A stretch of DNA of 64,000 nt. It comes from Saccostrea cucullata. Taxonomy: Eukaryota. Below, one piece after another: positions 41,478 to 56,113 of the stretch. Position 1 is the first letter of the stretch. The number at the start of each line of letters is the position of its first letter. Below the pieces are notes generated by a model that was not told the origin of the DNA, did no database searches, and saw only the letters and a list, made by a program, of their open reading frames with translations. The translations under genes and the position numbers were made by a program. Where the stretch lies: contig NW_026939235.1 in assembly GCF_032062105.1 (NCBI RefSeq), forward strand, positions 1 to 64,000, given 5' to 3'.

Positions 41478-44400
41478 AGCAGACTATAAGGTATGCCTTA
41501 CAGAGTTACCTTCAAAATGTTATTAAATTTTATTGGAGTTATTCCTCTTTGGTAACATTAGTGGTGTAATTTTATCTATATATGGATCTAATTTACATAT
41601 TAATTAGCAAACAACCAATGAAAATCTATTTATTTATAACTAAGTTACACACATACAAATAATATTTTTGTGCTTTAGAATTAAAAAACTCTTTTTTAAT
41701 TTTTAGGTGGAATAGCTACTTAGTATGAAAAACAGAGTGTAATTATAAGGTTTTTTACTCTAATTATCAGTGAATGGATTAATTAATTATCCAAATTATC
41801 AGAGGTAAGCACATTAGGTACTATGTAATTGTATTTATGATGCAGTCAATGGTTTATTTACGTTGCGTATTCCTCAAAACATGGAGGAAATTCGGTACGA
41901 GGTGAACAATTTGCATCCAGATCATAATAAATTCCAAATAACATTAATGAATAATAACAGATAAATAATAATAAATGTCAACACATATCATTTATTCAAT
42001 CATTCATCGAATCATTATTTTAACGATTCATATCACAAGAAACATCTTATTTACTTATTCATCACAATAGTGGAGAATGCCAAATTCGTAACACTATAAC
42101 CATCAAAAACGTTCTGGATTGATTATTTGTAGGATGCTGTTTATCCTCATCAGGGTGACCGTTTGTATTTTGCTTTCTGAATCTTGTGCAATCGATTTCA
42201 AGAACGAGTATAAAGCAGCCTGCTTGTTTCCTGCAATTTGTTGACAGATCCCCAAAACCTGCCACGATACGTCTCCTCTCATCGTAGAGGGAGGCTCCTC
42301 TTGGTCTTGGTGAACAAGTGACTGAAGTTCTTGTAGTGCTGTTTGTGCGTTCACTGGATCAATGTTTGTATAGCACAAGAACTCGAGCATGTGTAACAGA
42401 ACAATGTTTGGAATTGCCAAAAAGAATGTATGCTCGAGTTCTGTATTTTTTATTCCATACATTTGTTCTGGCCATAATTCTTTAATATAACAGATTTCGT
42501 TTTAAAGTCTTATTTCACCTGCGCGTATTAGTGCTATCCTTCTGATATATCTATTTATCTCGGCGTTTTCTATACGAGAAGTTAAATTCATTATTGTTTC
42601 TCCAACTTTTTCATAGAAGTAACTCAAGCAAATTTTGTATAACTTGTCCTTTGCAATTTTCAAAGTAGAAATAGCTTTCATATATCTAGAAGTTCTGTAG
42701 AAATACATGGATATATAGAGTATTTCAGAAACGGATCCGAATTGTGCGACTAATTTCACCATGGGGATGGATATTTTATCCGTTATATACCTTGATCTGT
42801 TTTTGCCTTTACATAGATATCCATTGTGCAATATAAAGGCTGTTCTCTGAAGCATGGTTGTTACCAATTTCTGTAACATGGAAACTTGATATTGTGTTAA
42901 TGGTTTAAGCGACAATTGTTCTAGAATTGTTAAATATTTTAAGCAGGTGAACATGTCTGGACTGTACAGAGAATCATTCACTTCTATCTCATGTGACGGT
43001 GCCATTCTGATTTCTGACTCAAAGGTCAGAGATTTTTCATCTGTGCAGATGTGCTGACTTGGATTGATCATTACTTGAATAATATAGGGGCTGATGGAAG
43101 AACAGTGTAAAAGGCATGCTATACTACCCTTTTCGTACAACCCATGCAATCTCAGAAACAAATTATTTTGTGCTTCCCCGTAGATTTTACTCAGAAACAT
43201 GTTGTTTGTTGGAATGAAAAAATTAGGACAAACTCCTTCATACACACATTTTAGGATAAACTTGAAGCAAATCCAGAAACCCTCCAACAGATTTTTAGGA
43301 CACCAGTCACGAAATATGTCTTTCTGAAGTACCCTTAAAACAACTGTCTTCACGTGATAGGAACTCAGCAATTGTTCGTGAGTACTTAACCCATTGTTGA
43401 TGACTTCCTTTAGGAACAATTTAAGCAGACCATACGTTAAAAACTGACAGTGGTTCATGGAGAATACGAGTTTACGCTCCCCTGTGGAGAAAGAGATTCT
43501 CCATTCTTTATCTTCATGATGTCCTACCATGGACCCTATTGCAACAAAATGGCATCCATTTTTGACTATATCATCGATAACACGAAGCCCGGGCCATGGC
43601 CTGTGACATCTTTCTATAAATGAGAATGCTGATGAAGGCCAAAAGTCGCAGAAAAAGCCCATGGCCTGGTCCATTTCAATACCCAGTTCCACACTAGAGA
43701 AACTACTACAAGGTCCATGCTCTGTGAATTGTTTATGTTTATATAAAAGAGCGATTTGTCTGAGCAAGGAACTACATATATAAAGTGTGTCATTCACTCT
43801 GATACATGCTAATTGCACTGCTACAGTATTTGTTCGTTTCAGTAACTTAAGTAATGTATAACCTGGGGGACTTTTAGAACTATCGGAGAGAATCAATGTT
43901 TCTGTATTTCCATTGTAAATTTGAGCCTGGTTCAAGGTGAAGATAACTTTGTGGTTTGCGAATCAGAGCAAGCTGTCTATGTCTGAACCCTTAAGTCTGA
44001 ATCCTTCTCGATAACTCCCGGTAGTCATCCCACAGACGTCTTTTTCTAATTGTTGGAATCTTCGCACCATATCCAAAAGATCCCCACCTTCTCTTTTCAT
44101 GGTCACTTCTCGTGAAGTCCCAATAATTCGGCATAGTCCCACAAACACTGACTCTGACATGCGTTGCAAACCAATTTCCCTTTAAAAATGGAAACATAAT
44201 GGTAGTAAGAACTACGTGCGAATTATACGACTTAAAATGCATAACAACAGTTTTTGACAATATGTCCTGGCATGGACCGTAAAGTAATGTCACTGTAATT
44301 CATAAATCTCATCTCTAAAAACAAAATATATCAAATACATCTTGATTTTTTTTTTAATAATCTAGCTTTCATGCTTCCTAAAAGTTATCCTTTCTCTAAA

Positions 44401-44619
44401 GTTAAAATGTAAACTCTAACAAAATTACAGTTTTACATCATAGAATTTTTTTTATATTTAATGAGTGAAATAGATATTAACTAAAGAAAACCCATGGCTT
44501 TGTATAAAGAAACCCCTGCATATGATTCTTCCTTTGTGTCCTCAAATTCTGTAAATGTTTTGTGAATCATTATGAAGAAAAGTTTGGGTGAATTAATTTA
44601 AGAAGATATGGAGATCACG

Positions 44620-45085
44620 AACAGTATTCAATATCAAAGTCCATAAAACAATACAAAAAAGGAGCAGAGCAAACACGGACATAATCATCAGAGGCAGGAT
44701 CAGTTGCCACGGAGGAGTGATATCCCCTGCTGACCGGTCACACCTGCCGTGGGCTTCTGATTGATTGTCAAATAACGGGAAAATCCGTCGTCAATTCAGT
44801 GTATAAATAATGGACTAACAATTAATATGAAAAACGTCAGTTAGCATTTGACTCAATGATAAATTGCATTTGCTGACAAGGTCATTGCATCGACCGTAGA
44901 ACTTACAAAATGATGACTTTAAACGAGACTGCTGATGTTCTTGTTTCATCAACTTGCTTGTCAATAATTTACCTCGTTTTAAAAATTGTTCAAACGTAGA
45001 ACATGTTCTTGCGTATTGAATCAACTAATATTTACACCGTATGCAGGTGATGAAGGTGTATTGCTGCATACATAATGGAAGATGA
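44620..45085 (-). mobile_element. Penelope-like retroelement 3' remnant
   Basis: Translates ..SNTPSSPAYG../..IQYARTCSTFEQFLKRGKLLTSKLMKQ..LKSSFCKFYGR, typical of the post-RT region of these elements, followed by a conserved tail. Confidence 0.75.
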
Positions 45086-46703
45086 TTAAAGTTTGGTGCC
45101 ACGGATTCCCCTACATTTACTTTATGACACTCAGTTCATAACAAGGACGGGTCCTACGCATTTCAGAATTATCTGAATTGTGCTGCTCATTTTCTAAATT
45201 ATTCATATTAGATTGTTTGCTTAATCTGACTTAGTTCTCATTTCTCTTTGTTGCACTTTTTTTCATCATCACATCATTTCAATGATACATGTAGTCGTCA
45301 AATAACTTTGTTCTTATTGCAAGCACACCTTCAACTCGTTGGGCGGAGTGCAGGATAATCTGCAATTTACTGGACCAGAATAAGAAAAAGTTATCATCAT
45401 AAAAATGTTTTGATATTAAATATATTTCGTTGGGTTTTTATATACCTGTATAGGTTACGATTGACTGCTGTTATTTCCTGAGTGAAGTTACAGTATACAT
45501 GTACCGTGTGCGGTTGCATTCCGACGTTTTTAACTGTAAAGTGTCGGTCGAGTGATCCTATAATTCAAATGTTTTTTTAAGCTGATGTTCTTTTGTCATG
45601 TTAAATATTTCCTTCTTTATGGATTAAAAAAGTCTTCAAATATTTTAAGGTAAAGGAAAATTCATAGGATGGACTAAAAGAAGCCCCCTTCATGTTTTCA
45701 TGGTCTGTTAGATTATTAACATCTTCAGTTCTTTATTTATCAATGTACAAACTTTAAAATTAATATTTGCAAATGTTTATATATATACATGTATAAGATT
45801 TATACACTACTGAAAGCAATGCCTATCTATAACCGTATAATAGGCCTTTCAACTAAGTTTTCAAGTTGCACATATGGTAAAAAACATTGCATAGATAGAT
45901 TTATAGGTACATGAAATTATCAAAAAGATAATAACTTGTGCATACATTAAATTACATAATTAAAAAGTTTAATTATTTATAATTGATTTTTCCGATGTTG
46001 TGTTTTAAGGATAGGTAACTCAGGTGTGAAAAATGACCAACTCAGTGCCGATTAATGAGTTATCGTTTATAGGAATGAATATAGGCTGCTTCAGCATTGG
46101 TATCGTTATGTACACAAAAGGGTTCCTTACATTGTTTTGTACACAAAAGTGTTGACCATGAGAAAGAGAATGCCTTCACTCTACCTGAAATAACAGGGTC
46201 AAATAGATGGGGAACAGACTATATTCAATATGTTTAGCTCTCTTTGACAATTATTATGAAGAAGAAAATTTCATGTCATGTTTTTGTTTTCGCGCTTTTT
46301 TGCTTCCTATATAAATATATATATTTTTACAAGTAAATGCAGCAACTGATCATCTTACTTGTGTTACTTAGCACGAAGGGGAACGACCGAGTATAAAAAT
46401 TTAATTAGGTTAAAACTTAAGATTTAGGGAAGATTTCACTTTTTATTTTAATTAAAACTTTTAATTATATGAAGTGAAATGGTGTCTGCAACTATACATT
46501 AAATAAGTTTAACATTGGTGCTACATTTTAAAACCACTGGATTCTTCTGAGAGCAAAGAAACACTTAGGAAATGCTAAAAAACTGCCTTTTGTGTAAAAA
46601 GTTAGATACCCCGAGCCTGCTCTCAACATGTTCCGACAGTGAGTTATCGTTCATAAAACCGACCCCTAGCGGCAGTTGAAAGGCCTACGTATAAATACAA
46701 GGA

Positions 46704-46911
46704 CCTGGTTTTCAAAAGAACTTCCGACTAAGACATATTTCAATACATATAATTGTTTTATTCACAATTAATTGAGAATAGCTTTAAACTTTTTCAAAGG
46801 AATAGAAAGGTATTTTCATAGTAGAAATTTTATACTCAATCATTAATTTTGCAAATTTTTGCAAATAACTCAAGTTTTCGGTCTTAGTCGTAAGTTCTTT
46901 TGAAAAACAGG
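46704..46911. mobile_element. Small MITE
   Basis: ~30-bp TIR CCTGGTTTTCAAAAGAACTTCCGACTAAGAC / GTCTTAGTCGTAAGTTCTTTTGAAAAACAGG. Confidence 0.7.
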
Positions 46912-47055
46912 TTTCTCGAATGTCACAAACGTTTGACATAATTTATGTGACGTCATAAAAGGTTGAAACGCATACATGTATATGCCGTTACGTTTAAAGA
47001 ATAAAACGTTCCATGCATTAAAAGTATCAATCAGGCAAATATGCTATTAGATATA

Positions 47056-47285
47056 CTGTAGATTGGCAAATATTCACGATGGTTTTAATTTCGCTATGTT
47101 CGCGATTTATTAATTTTCCGCGAAATTAAACCCATCGTGAATGTTATTATTAGTTTTTGATAATGTTAATATGCTTATACGAAATTTTGAATTAATTTCT
47201 TGCAGCGTGAAATTAAAGCCATCGCAAATGGTACTTTTTGAGATATCGTGAAATTTTAACATCGTGGAATTAAAACGATTTACAG
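47056..47285. mobile_element. TA-flanked CTGTA..TACAG MITE
   Basis: TA|CTGTAGATTG..CGATTTACAG|TA, with internal TTTTAATTTCGC / GCGAAATTAAA inverted motifs. A similar decayed element lies at ~55236-55445. Confidence 0.7.
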
Positions 47286-50200
47286 TACACAGTCAGTTAG
47301 TGACCTAATACGGAGTCATACAGGGTGTGAAATAGAAATCCGTATTGGGCGAGGTGACCTTTAATACAAGACATAGCCCTAATGTGTATTTAGTATCTCA
47401 TGTTAAAGGTACATATACTTTATATTTATTATTATTATGTTTTATAGTCGATCTTTTTAAACGTGATTTCATAATTAAATGATATGATGTTACATCTGTG
47501 TGAAAAGCAGTCAAACAAATGAGAAATACTAGTATCACTAGTATACTAGTGCTATTTAAAAAAAAAAATACAAAAGTTCCATGATTTGCACTGTTTTTGA
47601 GTCACTGCAAAGCAAAGAACTGCTTTAAAAAGAACAGATACAAAGACGGCTACATTTTACGAGAAACCATGAAAAACTTTTTGGGAACTATCACCATCCA
47701 TCAGCAAAAAGTATATGAAAATCCTACCAATAATTATTTGTGAACTATATTTTAAATTAGTTAAATAAACTTAAAGAAAGTTGGAAATCACTTATAGAAT
47801 ATATTTTGTTGCCTCATTACATTATTTCTCATAATAACAATGTGACTTTAATTTGTGTGAAAGTTTAAAAAGTGCGTTAAGCTGTATTTACCAGAAAGCT
47901 TTCGGGCTTTATGGAATTAAAGTTAGTGATGATCAACCCGTATTCATATCCCGACAGATGTTTGAAAATAATATCTTATTTCTCAAATGACGTAGCTTTT
48001 ATTGTTGCGTCCTACTAATGCTTATGTATGAGGGTGGAGATGTATGTTTTAGTACTACAAAATTGAAAGAAAGGGAGTGCAGACTGGGGATGTTTGTGTA
48101 GCGCAAAAAAAAAAAATAAAGAGTTAAAAGAATATAGTTCAAAGGGTGGGGATGTACAATGAACATAAAAGAACAAAGGAATGGGATGTTTGTTTCATGT
48201 CATGAGCTAGATCCATATTGCTTCTAATGATAATGATAATTATAGAGAAGTATAACAGCCCATGACAAGAAGTAACCGCCTTGCAGAAAGGATATTTTTA
48301 TGAAAAACTTTGCTTTGCATTTGTTTCATCGTGCTGAAGAGGATTGAATCGAAAGCTTAATAATAATGTGATGACGATAATGCAAACCGTGCAAAGAAGA
48401 TTGGGCATTGATATATGTTGGCAAGGAACTGATTTTGACTATCCCTTATTACATTCTCTTCACTATCATCGCTATCTCGCTATCGCAACATCGTTATTAT
48501 CCAAATGTCGCGCTATATCCATAATATTGTTCATTTGCGACTCAGTTCTCATGGCATTAAAATAATTTTACTGAATCTATATTTTTAGAAATTTTAGTTT
48601 CGCCGACTTTAATATACATTTTAAAAAATGCTGATCTGACTTACATCTGTACTGGAAAGTTCGTTGCCATTTTTTTTCTGGTAGAATTCCGTTTCACAAA
48701 TTTATTCTAAAATTCTTTTCTTATTTGTAGTTTCACCTTGTATCACCAGGATAAAATCACTTGGATGGAATCAACAAATTCAGAACAGCCTCTAGACTCA
48801 AAGTCAATATTTTGATTAATTAATGATATTTTTTAACTGAAATTGACCTTCTGAGACTTGCCCAGTATTTGCATTCGCTAGAGTAGTTTAAATTGAGTCA
48901 TATAATTTCATCTTGTCATGCTTCAGAAATGTCCTTCATTTTGATGTGCATCACAGGTAAAATTGTAAAGCTAGATTGTTTTGTTACCTGAAGAGAATAA
49001 GGCTATGGAAAAGGATCAGGTTTAATAGAATACCTTCAAATCCGTGTATCAAATTTTGTTTGTGTTAATCAAAAATATCTCTGAACATTTTTTGGGATAT
49101 AAATACAGGTGGGTCACGAGATCAAAGAGCCATCGCGCATTTGATAGTTACTTTCCCCTACTCTAGTAGTGATTTTTTAAATACATTATTTAACCAAAAT
49201 TTTGTCATGCAATGTTAGTTTATACATGCCTAAAATCAAATCACACAAAAATAATATTTGAATACTGGACTTTTGCAAAGACACTGACTTTTACAGTTGA
49301 CGGCTTACTTTTACACCAGAAAAATATACTATACATGAGCTCTTTTGTGAAAAAAATATTGATCTTAACATTTAAGGAAACAGTAACAGGCTACTTCAAA
49401 GCCGATATTACGTTGTCTAGGAAGGAAACGGCAACATTCCTACCCTCAACACTCTCCCTTCAAGTCTTGACTAACTTCTGCCGAGTTTTCCTACCGAAAT
49501 GTTTCTTCTTCTTTATTTCATTTCTTAAGTTATTGAAAATAAAAGGATATATTAATTCTCGTGAATAAAATATCTAAATAAATTTTATTTTACCACCAAT
49601 TATATTTTTTAATTGATAAATTATTTCAAAGCCACGAATACAATAACTTTCACCTCTATGGGTGTTTTATATTTTATATTTTCAATTTACCTCCGTACAT
49701 GACACAGGTTTAAATGTCCAAGTAAGCCGTTAACTGTTAAAGTCAGAGTCTTCGTAAAAGCCCATTGATAGTTCCCTCATATGATAAATATAAAAATTGT
49801 CCAGTTTATGTGGAGAATATAGTTAATACTGAGGTATCCTCATAAACACTGACAAACTGTTGCAAAACAACTTCTGAATAACTTAATTTGGATATGACTG
49901 CCCTTCATTGCATTTAGATTTTGGTTAAATGTGGTCTTCGTATTGAAAAAGTTGAGAAATGTATTTAATTTTTCTTCTCAAAATTATCTTAAAATTCAAC
50001 AATCTGTCTTAAATTTTTCCACCCGATTACAATGACTTCGTGGCATAGTTGTATAATTGCTGTAAACGTAATGATCATGAGTTCGAGTCTGCACAGTGCG
50101 TTTCTCTTATCTATGCTATTATTTTTTTTCTCTGTGCATTTTTCCTACGTTTTCTTTTTGTATTTTATAATACATTTATAAATAATGTAAGAGGAATACG

Positions 50201-50844
50201 ATAATACAACATTACACCTTAAAATTATTCCGGGAAAAACATTCCTAAACTATTCTAAGGACAGATGATACAAACAAAAATGGGATACCTGATTTGATAT
50301 ATATATTTTTTTTACCTTATTTCATTGCAAATGGTGCAAATAAAAAAATTCTAGAATATAAAAAGAAATTGTTTACCTTCTGTGATGTTCAAAATTATAC
50401 CCTTCTGAAACCATCCTTATTTTTCTATAAAAAAATCACTTCAAATGCCATTTCAGTGAAACTTTGAATAAATAAATTAATCTACGCGTTGAAACTTATT
50501 CAATTTACCCATTTAAAGATTACCCAGGTTGTTATTTTCATTTTTTTTTGACAAAAGTTTTTTTTTAATCATCAGTCCTTAATGACCCAAAAGTCATAAA
50601 CGCTAAATTGTTTTTATTTTAAAATTTTCTAGAAATCTTGTTTTGAATAAGACTATTGAACAAGTAAAATGATTGTCATGTAAAAATTTGTAATAAATTT
50701 GCAACTATGAAAATACAACACCGGTCCACAAATAATAACATACATGTACTTTGATCTTGAATTAAAAAGGTACATGTATCTATAAATCGAAACACGTGAT
50801 TTTTTCCTTTTAAATGCTTAATTCGGTGATGTCGTCGGTAAGGT

Positions 50845-51350
50845 GCACTTCTTGTAGAAAAGCTTGCAATTGAACAGATTTTTCCTTCATTTGTCGAAAA
50901 TATACCACGTCCAAATATCATTAGTAATATAGATGCTGAAAACAGCGAACAAAAAATCCATATCATGATAGGGCATCTTATAACCATTATTCTTGTTAGT
51001 CGTATTTTGGCCTTTAATGGATGGACTTTTAATTAAAATCTTATCAAGCAAAGGAACACGATATGTGCACTTGAGCTAGTATAAATCGTTTCAGTCAGGA
51101 AATACACTATAGTTTACGATAAAGGACTTTCGGGCGAATTACATTTATTTCTGATTTACAGAGAAGGTTCTAAAATTTACTCAGCGAAACATTAATACTA
51201 TTTAGAAGGTCTGGAACTGCAAGGCAAGCGGTAGCGATGAATGTATGAGTATGAAACTTTTTATCCCACGAAATTTGAAGATGGTAGACCATCCGAGGTA
51301 AGAATACTGCTTTCAGAACTGAACAAATAAAATTTAAACAGAACCGGCCC
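50845..51350 (-). pseudogene. Decayed inverted copy of the GPCR at 16123-17394
   Basis: Fragments FKFYLFSSESSILTSDG, WDKKFHTHTFIATACLAVPDLLN and RCPIMIWIFCSLFSAS..SIASFSTR, with frameshifts and deletion of TM1. Confidence 0.9.
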
Positions 51351-51689
51351 AGACGGGTCGGTGTCACAGTTTGTGATAAATGGCATGGAAATAATCCCTC
51401 GCTGCAACCAAGCTTTCAAATTAAACAGAACAAAGAGAACGTGCAAACAAAAGTTTATTATAGTGCTCAAAATAATATATAGAAAATCCTCACACACACA
51501 CCCTCGCACATCCACCCCCACACACACCTACAACACTCGCACAAAAAAAACCTAAACAAAAAAATATAATAGTGTCTATAAACAAAAAAAAATAATAATA
51601 GTGTCTATACACCGACTAAAATATTGTCAAACCCGACCAGACGAATGTTTCTTTGACACGTGCACATATCCGCTGATTTTTCTGATAAA

Positions 51690-52475
51690 CAGGTTGGGCA
51701 CAGTTCCTTTTTCGGGGAAGTATTACTATAAAAGGGAACAATTACTCTTTTCAGTAATAAAAACATTACTCAATTTGGGAATTGTTGTCACATTTTTTAA
51801 ATAATGCCTCTAATCCATTTATTAAATAAAAAGTGCATAAAAAATACATGATGTGTTTAATCTTTATCAAACAAACCTCGCTGACTGAAAATTTCGGACC
51901 TCTATTGCTGCAGACAAGAGTAAGATGAAATTGAATAATTTCCCTGTTGATAAATGGTACCAAAAGTATGGAATCTAATAAGGGCATTCATTCCAGGACC
52001 ATTTTCAAAGAATGTCGTTTGAAATTTAATATTTCAAATAATTATTTTCATCTGTAAAAGAAGCAATGATATTTAAAATTATTACTACGATTTCATTTAA
52101 AGAAATAGAATAAAATTAAATTAGACCGAATAATCTCATGAACGAGTTAGCAAGTGCTGAACGTATCCATTATCACAATTTTAACACAGGTAAGGTACCG
52201 TAAGAAATCTATATCATAGAAATATTTCATCACTCTTTTTCAGCTTTTTGCAGCCATAAATATTGCAGTTTTGAGCACACATACATGAAATAGACAATAA
52301 ATATTTAGAGGATGTGAAAATATTCTTGCACTTTATCTTTTATTCAAAACAAACACAAGAATAGAGGCTATATTAGTAAAAATTCCCGAATTCAGTAATG
52401 TTTTTTATTACTGAAAAGAGTAATAGTTCCCTTTTACAGTAATACTTCCCAAAAAAAGGAACTGTGCCCAACCTG
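51690..52475. mobile_element. MITE with ~80-bp TIRs and 5-bp TSD
   Basis: CAGGTTGGGCACAGTTCCTTTTT.. / ..AAAAAGGAACTGTGCCCAACCTG, flanked on both sides by ATAAA. Confidence 0.85.
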
Positions 52476-55400
52476 ATAAATGTGACCCAAGACATTACTG
52501 AATTGTTCGTTCTGTTCATATATACATACAGTCGTTGCTTAGGGTTCCTGTTATTGTTTCGACACAGTCCACATCAAAAGTCAACGTATTAGTATGTAGG
52601 ATTTCCTCCAACGCTGCAGTAACATCACAGTATCCTATAACGTCACAGGTACGCTACATGAATACACACCTGGTCGAGCTGGTTACCAAAATAAAACATT
52701 ATTTCAAAGTCTGGGTTTCCATAGTCAGTAATAACGCATTAAGAAGGAATAATGGATATGTCGGGTATATTACCCATTACAAATAAAACTTAACAAAGTA
52801 AAAACTTTAGGTGAAGAACAAAAAAAAAAGAACATAGCTAGAAAAGCAAACATTTCAAACTCACCGCTGCCAAAGTACTCAAAAATACTCTACTTTCCAC
52901 ACAGGAAAACTTCTCGAACACATACACCAAACATTCAGGCAAACTGTACACAGCTATTTGTCTGGAGACCACACAGGTCATACAACATTTTCACTTAGGA
53001 AGGACACACCTTCTCACTTCTACGGCCTGCTCTGATCTCACTTACACGTAGACAATTTGTTCAAACCAGCATGACAGCCGTGACCAGCAACCCGTAACGA
53101 CTATACGATGAGAATGAAATTACGGTACGCCATAACCAACACAATAAAATTAGATGAAAATTGCGACAGTCGGGATAGGTTTTATTAGCAGATAATTTGT
53201 TTCATGCTGAAAACATTTTCATCCTGAAAAGACAACAAATGTTCGAGTAAAAAATGAAGGGCTGAATTTGTATTGAATCTGGACCTTGCTCTTTAAAGAC
53301 AAAAAAAGATTTTCTAGCATAAACAACACGTTACCGCATTGTGGTAATGGTTAATTGATCTAGACTAAAAGTTTAGTATACTATTAGGATTTAAAGTTAT
53401 ATATGAACATATGAAATTTCCGCTTAATTATATTAACAAATATAAGATGGGTAATTATCGTTTAAGAAAAATAATCAAGATATATTACTTACTTCTGTAA
53501 CAAAACGTCTGAAGCCATTTTTTCCTAGTTAAAAATTACCATTAAAATCCTCAATTCTATAAATAAGTCAAAAAATCTATAATAATGAGAACAAAAACAT
53601 CAAATCAGTGGACTGAGCGTAGAGTCTACCTGGACTCAGTCTGCCTGAATCTGCTGAAATGTACAATCAAAAATCAACACACATGTATTCTATATGAGGA
53701 TTGTTTTTTTCTTTTTTACAGAGTTTATCATATATCAGTGGTGTCAAATCTCAGTTAACGTATTTCTTACTCTGAATTAAAGTCATGTTGCTTTATGTCT
53801 TGTATTGAATTACACATAGTCAGGCTTTGGGGCAATAAAACTTCTAAATTTGGATATTTTTTTCAGTTACACTTTCATTGAAGGTTAAAAGTAGAAAAGT
53901 AATAAGAAAATTAACTCGTTTTACACTGATTTTTAAATGTACAGCTTTTTCAGAAATTAAGAAAATTAATACACAGTTGCTTTTGCAGCATACCAAATGT
54001 TGGAAAGATTTATGAACTCATGGCAAATTCAAATGTTTATTCTTTAAGAATACTTTGTGAATATATATGTATTTTTATTAGATCTTTATATAATGCATTT
54101 ATCAATAGCAGATTTTAAACCATGAAGCATCTTTTTTTGAAGAAAAGTCCTTTTTTCGTTTTCTCCAAAAACATATATAAAAAACTTTTGAAATAAGAGC
54201 TAATATAGGTTTTTCAGTGCTGAACCCATAGTTTAAAACGGAAACATTTAAGATCTATCAAATAAAGTTTTGATGTACACGTTGCACTTTTTCTTAAGAG
54301 ATGAATAGAGAAGATATCAATGTTAAACCTTAAGAGAAACGCCCACAGAAATAGACCCCAGAAATAGAGAATGTACATGTAAAACTGTTGAATTGTTTTC
54401 AAGTTGGTTTTAAAGTTCAGAATTTATTGTAAGTAAAAAAATATCAATTTCACATGTACAATTTAGAACAGATTTCGTAGATGGAACAAACTAAATTTTA
54501 CAAAGGTTTTTCTTATAGGGAAAAAACTGAATTCAATAAAGACGTTTCTCAGATTGACTCACATACAAATTCACTCACATCTTATCTTTGACAACTCCGC
54601 CCACTTTCGTACTGACGAGCCAATTAATTTAACACATAATCAGAAAAGGAGGTCGATCGATTTTAAAATATTTTACAGTAGGAAAACGTAATTCGGAGAA
54701 ATATTACCCATATTATTCATAGTTCAAGAAATGATTTATAATACTGTAAACTAACATTCATTCGTATGTGAAAAATATCTGTGAGTTTCGTAAATGTCTC
54801 ATAAAGATGCATACCCAGTCTCGTCTAATCAGACATGTCCCGGAAGACAACTTTGTATCACAGTAGACAGTGTTTTATTACACAATATATAAAACATAGA
54901 AACAGTAAGGTATTTTAATCTTATTAGCCCTCTCCAGACTCAGGGTAAAAAAAAGTTGGTACATGTAGATGATCGAGTATAGAACTTTTTCCTAGAAAGT
55001 ACAACTTATTCGTTGACGAGATGTAAAAAAAATTAAGAAAAATAATCATTTCTTGCAGCCCTAACAAAACACTATAGTTAACTATAGTTAACTATAGTGA
55101 ATCAAAGTGACAAAGTTTTCGCCAAAGTTTTTCATAGTGTCAAAGTTTTAGATATTTTTTTCAAAGTGTCAACGTTTTTCAAAGTGCCAAGTTTTTTTTT
55201 GTTGTACAGAAATAAATCAGAAATCAAAACAATTTACTGGGGTTTCATCAATATTCGTTGAGCAACAATTTTCGAGGATTTCGTTGTTAAGGAGATCCAC
55301 GAAAATAAATGTTCACTGAATTGTTAAATATGTTATTGATTTGTATTAACAATGTTTTAGTCCACGAAATTACGTATCCTCTAATACGTCTGTTTTACAA

Positions 55401-56113
55401 AACCCACGAAAATTAATGTAAACGAAAATTGATGAAACGATAGTAATTTATTTTACAATTTGACAGATCATGCACGCACAACTCTCACTGAAATTGAAAT
55501 TATGACTTGTTATGCAAATCAAATTTACCGAGTTACATACGTATGCACAATATCCAATGTCTAATTTGTATCACAAAGCATGACAATTGATTATTTCATA
55601 AACCTTACATTTATATTTCTAAACAAAGTTATAGCTGTTAATTATAAAATTCATAATGTTTCTTTTTTTATACGTAAAAAACCTTATTTGAATTTTCACT
55701 GGTACAAGTACATTTCGGAGGAAAAGTAAATTACGCTTCATATTTAGATTCCAACCATGAAAAGTGTGTAGCATTACTTTTTAATTACATTTGTTCCATA
55801 AATATGTATTAATGTATACAGTACATTGTAATGCGCTATATTCATCAAAAACAATAAAGAATAGCTTACTTAGAGATTTCTCATTACTAACGCAAATTGA
55901 AAGGGACTGTAAGTATGTATATATATACCACAGTGAACTTTTCTCATAAAACGTTCTTCAACTGATTACAATTTGACAACTCCATAAATCTATAAAACTT
56001 TATGTACAATTATAATCTAATGTAATATAAATAAAAGATCTTAAACCTTCTACATCTTGTTAAAGTTTGAGAAATTCTTGTCTTATACAAATTTTTGTGA
56101 ATAGTGTCAAAGA

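Larger units (their letters stand above)
42103..53518 (-). pseudogene. cGLR copy E; exon 2 44179-42103, probable exon 1 53518-53493; in-frame stops at 43963-43965 and 42502-42504
   Basis: The three ORFs in the track are one frame: GSYREG..SDIDSLL*FANHKVI (TGA at the conserved Trp) and EIRL*NEICYIKEL (TAA at Glu). Exon 1 ATGGCTTCAGACGTTTTGTTACAGAA|GTAAG fits acceptor TTTTAAAG|GGAA in phase 2. The 9.3-kb intron assignment is inferred. Confidence 0.85.

Noticed and set aside
43963-43965. Selenocysteine or alternative genetic code explanation for the in-frame stops
   Set aside because: All three stop types occur, at Trp, Glu and Lys positions rather than Cys, and the same codons terminate other genes here.
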